Assembly: GCF_018350175.1 (NCBI RefSeq)
Contig: NC_058373.1
Span: 108,564,001 to 108,628,000 of the forward strand
Length of the DNA: 64,000 nucleotides
Direction: 5' to 3'
DNA from: Felis catus
Taxonomy: Eukaryota
Shown: one piece after another, positions 59,925 to 64,000 of the stretch
Layout: each line of letters starts with the position of its first letter
Position numbering within the stretch: position 1 is the first letter of the stretch
Made by a program: the position numbers and the translations under genes
The notes under the pieces: generated by a model
The model's input: only the letters and a program-made list of their open reading frames with translations
Told to the model about the DNA's origin: nothing
Databases searched by the model: none

Positions 59925-61400
59925 TTTTTAAGTGAACATTCAGTGAAACTGACTTTTTTGGGTTCTGTATACAGTTCTATATACAGTTCTAGTACATGTG
60001 TAGACGTATATAAATCTCACTGCATTTGTGGTACAGAAAACTTCTGTCGTCTCCAAGACACTCTCATGCTGTGCCATTGTAGTCAAACACACCTTTCACG
60101 CCTTGTCCCTGGCAACCACTGATCTGTTCTCTATATGAAGTTCTTTTTCTAGAATGTTATATATACAGAATCCTGTAATACGCAAATTTTGAAACTGGGT
60201 TCTTTCATTCAGCGTAATGCCTTTAGGGTTCATCCATACTACTGTGTGTATCCATAGTTTATGCCTTTTCCTTGCTGAATAGTGTGGCATTGTATGGGCT
60301 TGACACACTATATTTATCCACTTGACCATTGAAAATATGTGTTTATTTTAATTTTTTGGTGATCATGACCAAAGTTGTTATAAACATTCATGTGCAGCTT
60401 TTAGTGTGAACATAAGTTTTCATTTTTCTGTGGTAAATAAGTAGGAGTAAACTGCTGAGTCTTATGTAGATGTATATTTAACTTTGTAAGAAACTACTAA
60501 ACTGTTTTCCAAAGCATTTTTAATTTCCTCAGGTAACAGACGGGGGTTCCAGCTGCTCTGTATTCTTGTCAGCAACTGTTATAGTCAGTATTGTTCATTT
60601 AACCATTCTAATTAGTATATAGTGGTATTTTGTCATGCATCCTGGTTTTAATTTCATTTCCCAGAATGGTTAGTGATGTTTAGTATTTTTTCATGGGCTG
60701 CTGGTCTTCATATATAATCTTTCATGAAGTCTTTTGTCCATTTTTATTTACTTTTATTTTTTTAAACATTTTATTTTTAAGTGATCTCTACTCCCAACAT
60801 GGGGCTCAAACTCACAACCCCAAGGTCAAGAGTCACATGTTCCGCTGACTGAGCCAGCCAGTCACCCCTTTCCATTTTTAAATTATTATTTTTTATTTTT
60901 TATTTTTTTACTGTTGATCTCTGAGTTTTTTATGTGTCAAGGTACAGAGCTTTCATTGAATATGTAATTTACAGAAATGTTTCATTGGTGTGTATCTTTT
61001 ATTTCCTTAATGGTCATTTTAATAGCAAGAGTTTTAAATTTTGAAGTGAAATTTGTTTCTGTGCTTTTGGTATCCTGTCTATAATCTCTTTTCCTAACTC
61101 AGGTCAAGATTTTCCCCATATTTCCTAAAAGTTTTACAGTTGTGTGTTCTATACTTATATCTATGATCCATTTTGATTTTAATTTTTCTATAAGGGGTAA
61201 TATTTAGTTCAAAGTTTGTTTTTTTGCATATGGATTATCAACCAGTCATGTTGGGACAATTTGAGAAGACTATCCTTTCTTAATTGAATTTCCTTTGTAA
61301 CTATTAAAAGTCAATTAGCTTCTATTTCATTGAGCTATGTCTGTCCTTTTACCAGTATCAATCATACTGTCTTGATGAGTGTAGCTTTATTGAATAATCT
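59925..61400 (-). mobile_element. Old L1MB/L1MC 3' region
   Basis: ccctggcaaccactgatctgttctcta...tctagaatgttatata; ORF 60096-60329 is a typical L1 3' read-through. Confidence 0.85.
60748..60868 (-). mobile_element. Short Can-SINE subtype
   Basis: tctctactcccaacatggggctcaaactcacaaccccaaggtcaagagtcacatgttccgctgactgagccagccag; TSD tccattttta. Confidence 0.88.
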
Positions 61401-62150
61401 TAATAGGTGGTATGCTATCAAAATATATATCAAAGATATCAAAATATTGGTTGGCAGTTATTTTTGTTAACTTTAATAATGTTCTTCTTTCTGGCCTCCA
61501 TTATTTCTGCTGAGAAGTCTGTAGCCATTCAATTTGTTGCTCCCCATAGATAATACATAATTTTTCTTGGTGTTCACTGTTTTTTATTTGTGTTTATTTG
61601 TTGTCAGTTAATTTTGATTTTTCTGAGTGAAAATTTCTTTGGGTTTCTTTTTTGGGGGGTTGCTGGGTGTTAATCCTGTTGGTATTGTTTTTCAATCCCT
61701 GAAGCTGTGTTAATTTTCAATCTTCTGTCCACTGTCCAGATTGGATAATTTCTGTTGTCCAGTCATCAAGCTCAACGATTCCTTACTTGGTTATCATTAT
61801 GCTATTAAACCCATCTAGTCACTTAAGAAATTTTACTCCTTTTTTTCAATTTTTCAGTTCCATTTGGTTCTCATGTATACATTTTGTTATGAGACTGTAT
61901 ATCTTTTCATCCATTTTGAGTTTTTGTCCTTTTGGAAATATTTTTATAATTGCTGCCTTATAGTCTTTGCCATATATTTACAACATACTTGGCATCCCAA
62001 TGATGGCATATGTTGATTGTCTTTTTCCCATGTAAGTTGAGATTCTCCTGGTTCTTCATATACCAAGTAAATTTGGATTGTACCCAGGACATTTTGATAT
62101 GTGTTGAGACTCTGCTTCTTATTTAAATCACATAAAAAAACATTTGTTTT

Positions 62151-62360
62151 GGGGGCACCTGGGTGGCTCAGTCGGTTAAGTGTCTCACTTCAGCTCAGGG
62201 TCATGATCTCACAGTTGGTGAGTTTGAGCCCCCAGCACCCCCAGTCAGGCTCTGTGCTGACAGCTCAGAGCATGGAGCCTCTTTTGGATTCTTTGTCTCC
62301 CTCTCTCTCTGCTCCATCCGTGCTTGTGCTCTCTCAAAAATAAACAAACGTTAAAAAAAA
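62151..62360 (+). mobile_element. Can-SINE
   Basis: TSD aaaaaaacatt(t)gtttt. Confidence 0.95.
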
Positions 62361-62562
62361 AACATTGTTTTTGTGTCAGCATGCAGTTGACCTAGTTGAT
62401 TTCAGACAAATATTCTTTGTAGTTTTAATGGTAATTCTGTTTTTAAATCCTTTGCCATGCTAGTCTGATCTGTCCCATGTGGATACCACCTAGTAGCCAG
62501 TATTGGAGCAATGTGGTGGGCTATCACTTAGGTCACTTCTTAAAGACTTGGAGTGTTTTTTT

Positions 62563-62784
62563 GTTTTGTTGTTTTTTTTTTTAAGTATTTGTTTAGTTTT
62601 GAGAGACAGAGACAGAGCATGAGTGGGGGAGGGGTAGAGTAAGAGAGGGAGACAGAATCCGAAGCAGGCTCCAGGCTCTGAGCTGTCAGCACAGAGCCCG
62701 ACATGAGGCTTGGACTCACAAACTATAAGATCATGACCTGAGCTGAAGCTGGACACCCAACTGACTGAGCCACCCAGGTGCCCC
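62563..62784 (-). mobile_element. Can-SINE
   Basis: TSD aag(a/g)cttggagtg. Confidence 0.95.
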
Positions 62785-63374
62785 AAGGCTTGGAGTGCTT
62801 TTAAGGATGGGATCCACACATCTACTGATCAAGATTGGGTCCATGAATCAACATGGTGATTTTATGCCATCATTAACCTGCTCTCTTCTGTTCCATGATC
62901 TCTCTTGTACTTTCTAACCTGGCCTAGTCCTTTGCAATATCTAGACAGAAAGCTGGGGCTTTATGTGCCATAGTCGACCATATAGAAGGAGATTTACTCC
63001 ATCCCCTGGGGGGCCACAGCCCCTCTGATCAGATTGGAACATTCCCTTGCTTCAGAGTTTTAGGCACTGGTATGCCTCTGCTTCTGCCACTGTCAGTGCT
63101 GCTACTCTTATAGGATTGCCTAGGGACCAGAGGGTAGGAAGATTGGGGGGGGGGGAAGTTCCTCCATGCTCTCTTTCTCCTTCCTCTAGGCAGAGCTAGA
63201 GGGCTTCAGGAGCGGTTTCTTCTGTGCCCATGCTCACTTTTGGGGTTTGGGTGCTTTTAAATTCAGGCTGGGGGATCCTGGAGGGAAAATTGGTAAACTC
63301 AGTATCAGTTTATTCATACTTCAAATTTTGGTGTCCTGTTTCGATCTGCCTGCTATTATTTACTTTTATAAAAA

Positions 63375-63447
63375 GACTTTTTTAGAGCAGTTTTAGATTC
63401 ACTACAAAGTTGATAGAAGGGTACAGAGATTTCCCATATGCTTCTTG

Positions 63448-63499
<52 letters not shown>

Positions 63500-64000
63500 T
63501 CATGGCCTTCCCCATTATTAACATCACTCACTAGAATGGTACATTTATTAAAATTGATAAATACACATAGACACATCAAAATCTCCCAAAGTCCATAGTT
63601 TATCTTAGGGTTCACTCCTGGTGTTGTACATTATACACATTTGGACAGATTTATAGGACATGTATCCATCATTATGTTATCATACAGAGTATTTTCATTG
63701 TCTTAAAAATCCACTGTGCCTCATTTATTCATTCTCTACTCATCCCCTGACGACAACTGGTATTTTTTACTGTTTCCATAGTCTTGTATTTTTCAGAATG
63801 TCATGTAATTCTGGAGTCATACAGTGTGTAGCTTTTAAGACTGGTTTCTTTCACTTAGTAATTTGCATTCAGGATTCCTTTGTGTCTTTATATGGTTTGA
63901 TAGTTTATTTTCTTTTCAGTGCTAAATAATATTCCATTTACTGGATGTACCACAGGTTATTTACCCATTCACCTACTGAAGAATATTTTGGTTACTTTCA
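63375..64000 (-). mobile_element. L1MC1-like 3' end with internal (CA)n at ~63449-63498; runs off the window
   Basis: ttttagagcagttttagattcac..aaagttga..gaagggtacagagatttcccatat, cccaaagtccatagtttatcttagggttcactc. Confidence 0.88.

Larger units (their letters stand above)
61420..63365 (-). mobile_element. Old L1M ORF1/5' region fragment
   Basis: ctttctggcctccattatttctgctgagaagtctg, ttgtccagtcatcaagctcaacgattc, tgctattaaacccatctag motifs. Confidence 0.6.

Noticed and set aside
1..64000. CRISPR array, operon or other prokaryotic system
   Set aside because: The sequence is mammalian; there is no regularly spaced repeat-spacer structure and no long ORFs.

Overview
This is 64 kb of mammalian genomic DNA, almost certainly from a felid, judging by about 30 tRNA-derived Can-SINE/SINEC_Fc copies and carnivore-type L1s. 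I recognise no protein-coding gene, RNA gene or CRISPR array. Many ORF-track entries are read-throughs of SINEs, microsatellites or broken L1 ORF2, and I recognise none of the rest. The window is mostly nested transposon fossils: L1 (one roughly full-length 7.5 kb copy), Can-SINEs with target-site duplications (TSDs), MIR, L2, MLT1, LTR16-like/ERVL, MER5, MER33 and a probable ancient RTE-X/L4 fragment. The stand-out is a small CpG-dense island (~10.65-11.1 kb) in the 5'UTR of an internally deleted minus-strand L1. It has a YY1 motif, NRF1-like motifs, a strong-Kozak ATG and consensus splice donors, all pointing in the + direction. This looks like an exapted L1 antisense promoter with an ORF0-like first exon. 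Downstream of it nearly all L1 fragments are antisense to +, there are phase-compatible candidate exons, and there is a tandem pair of CTCF motifs. Together these suggest an unannotated + strand transcription unit. Repeat family names are by-eye assignments and boundaries are approximate.
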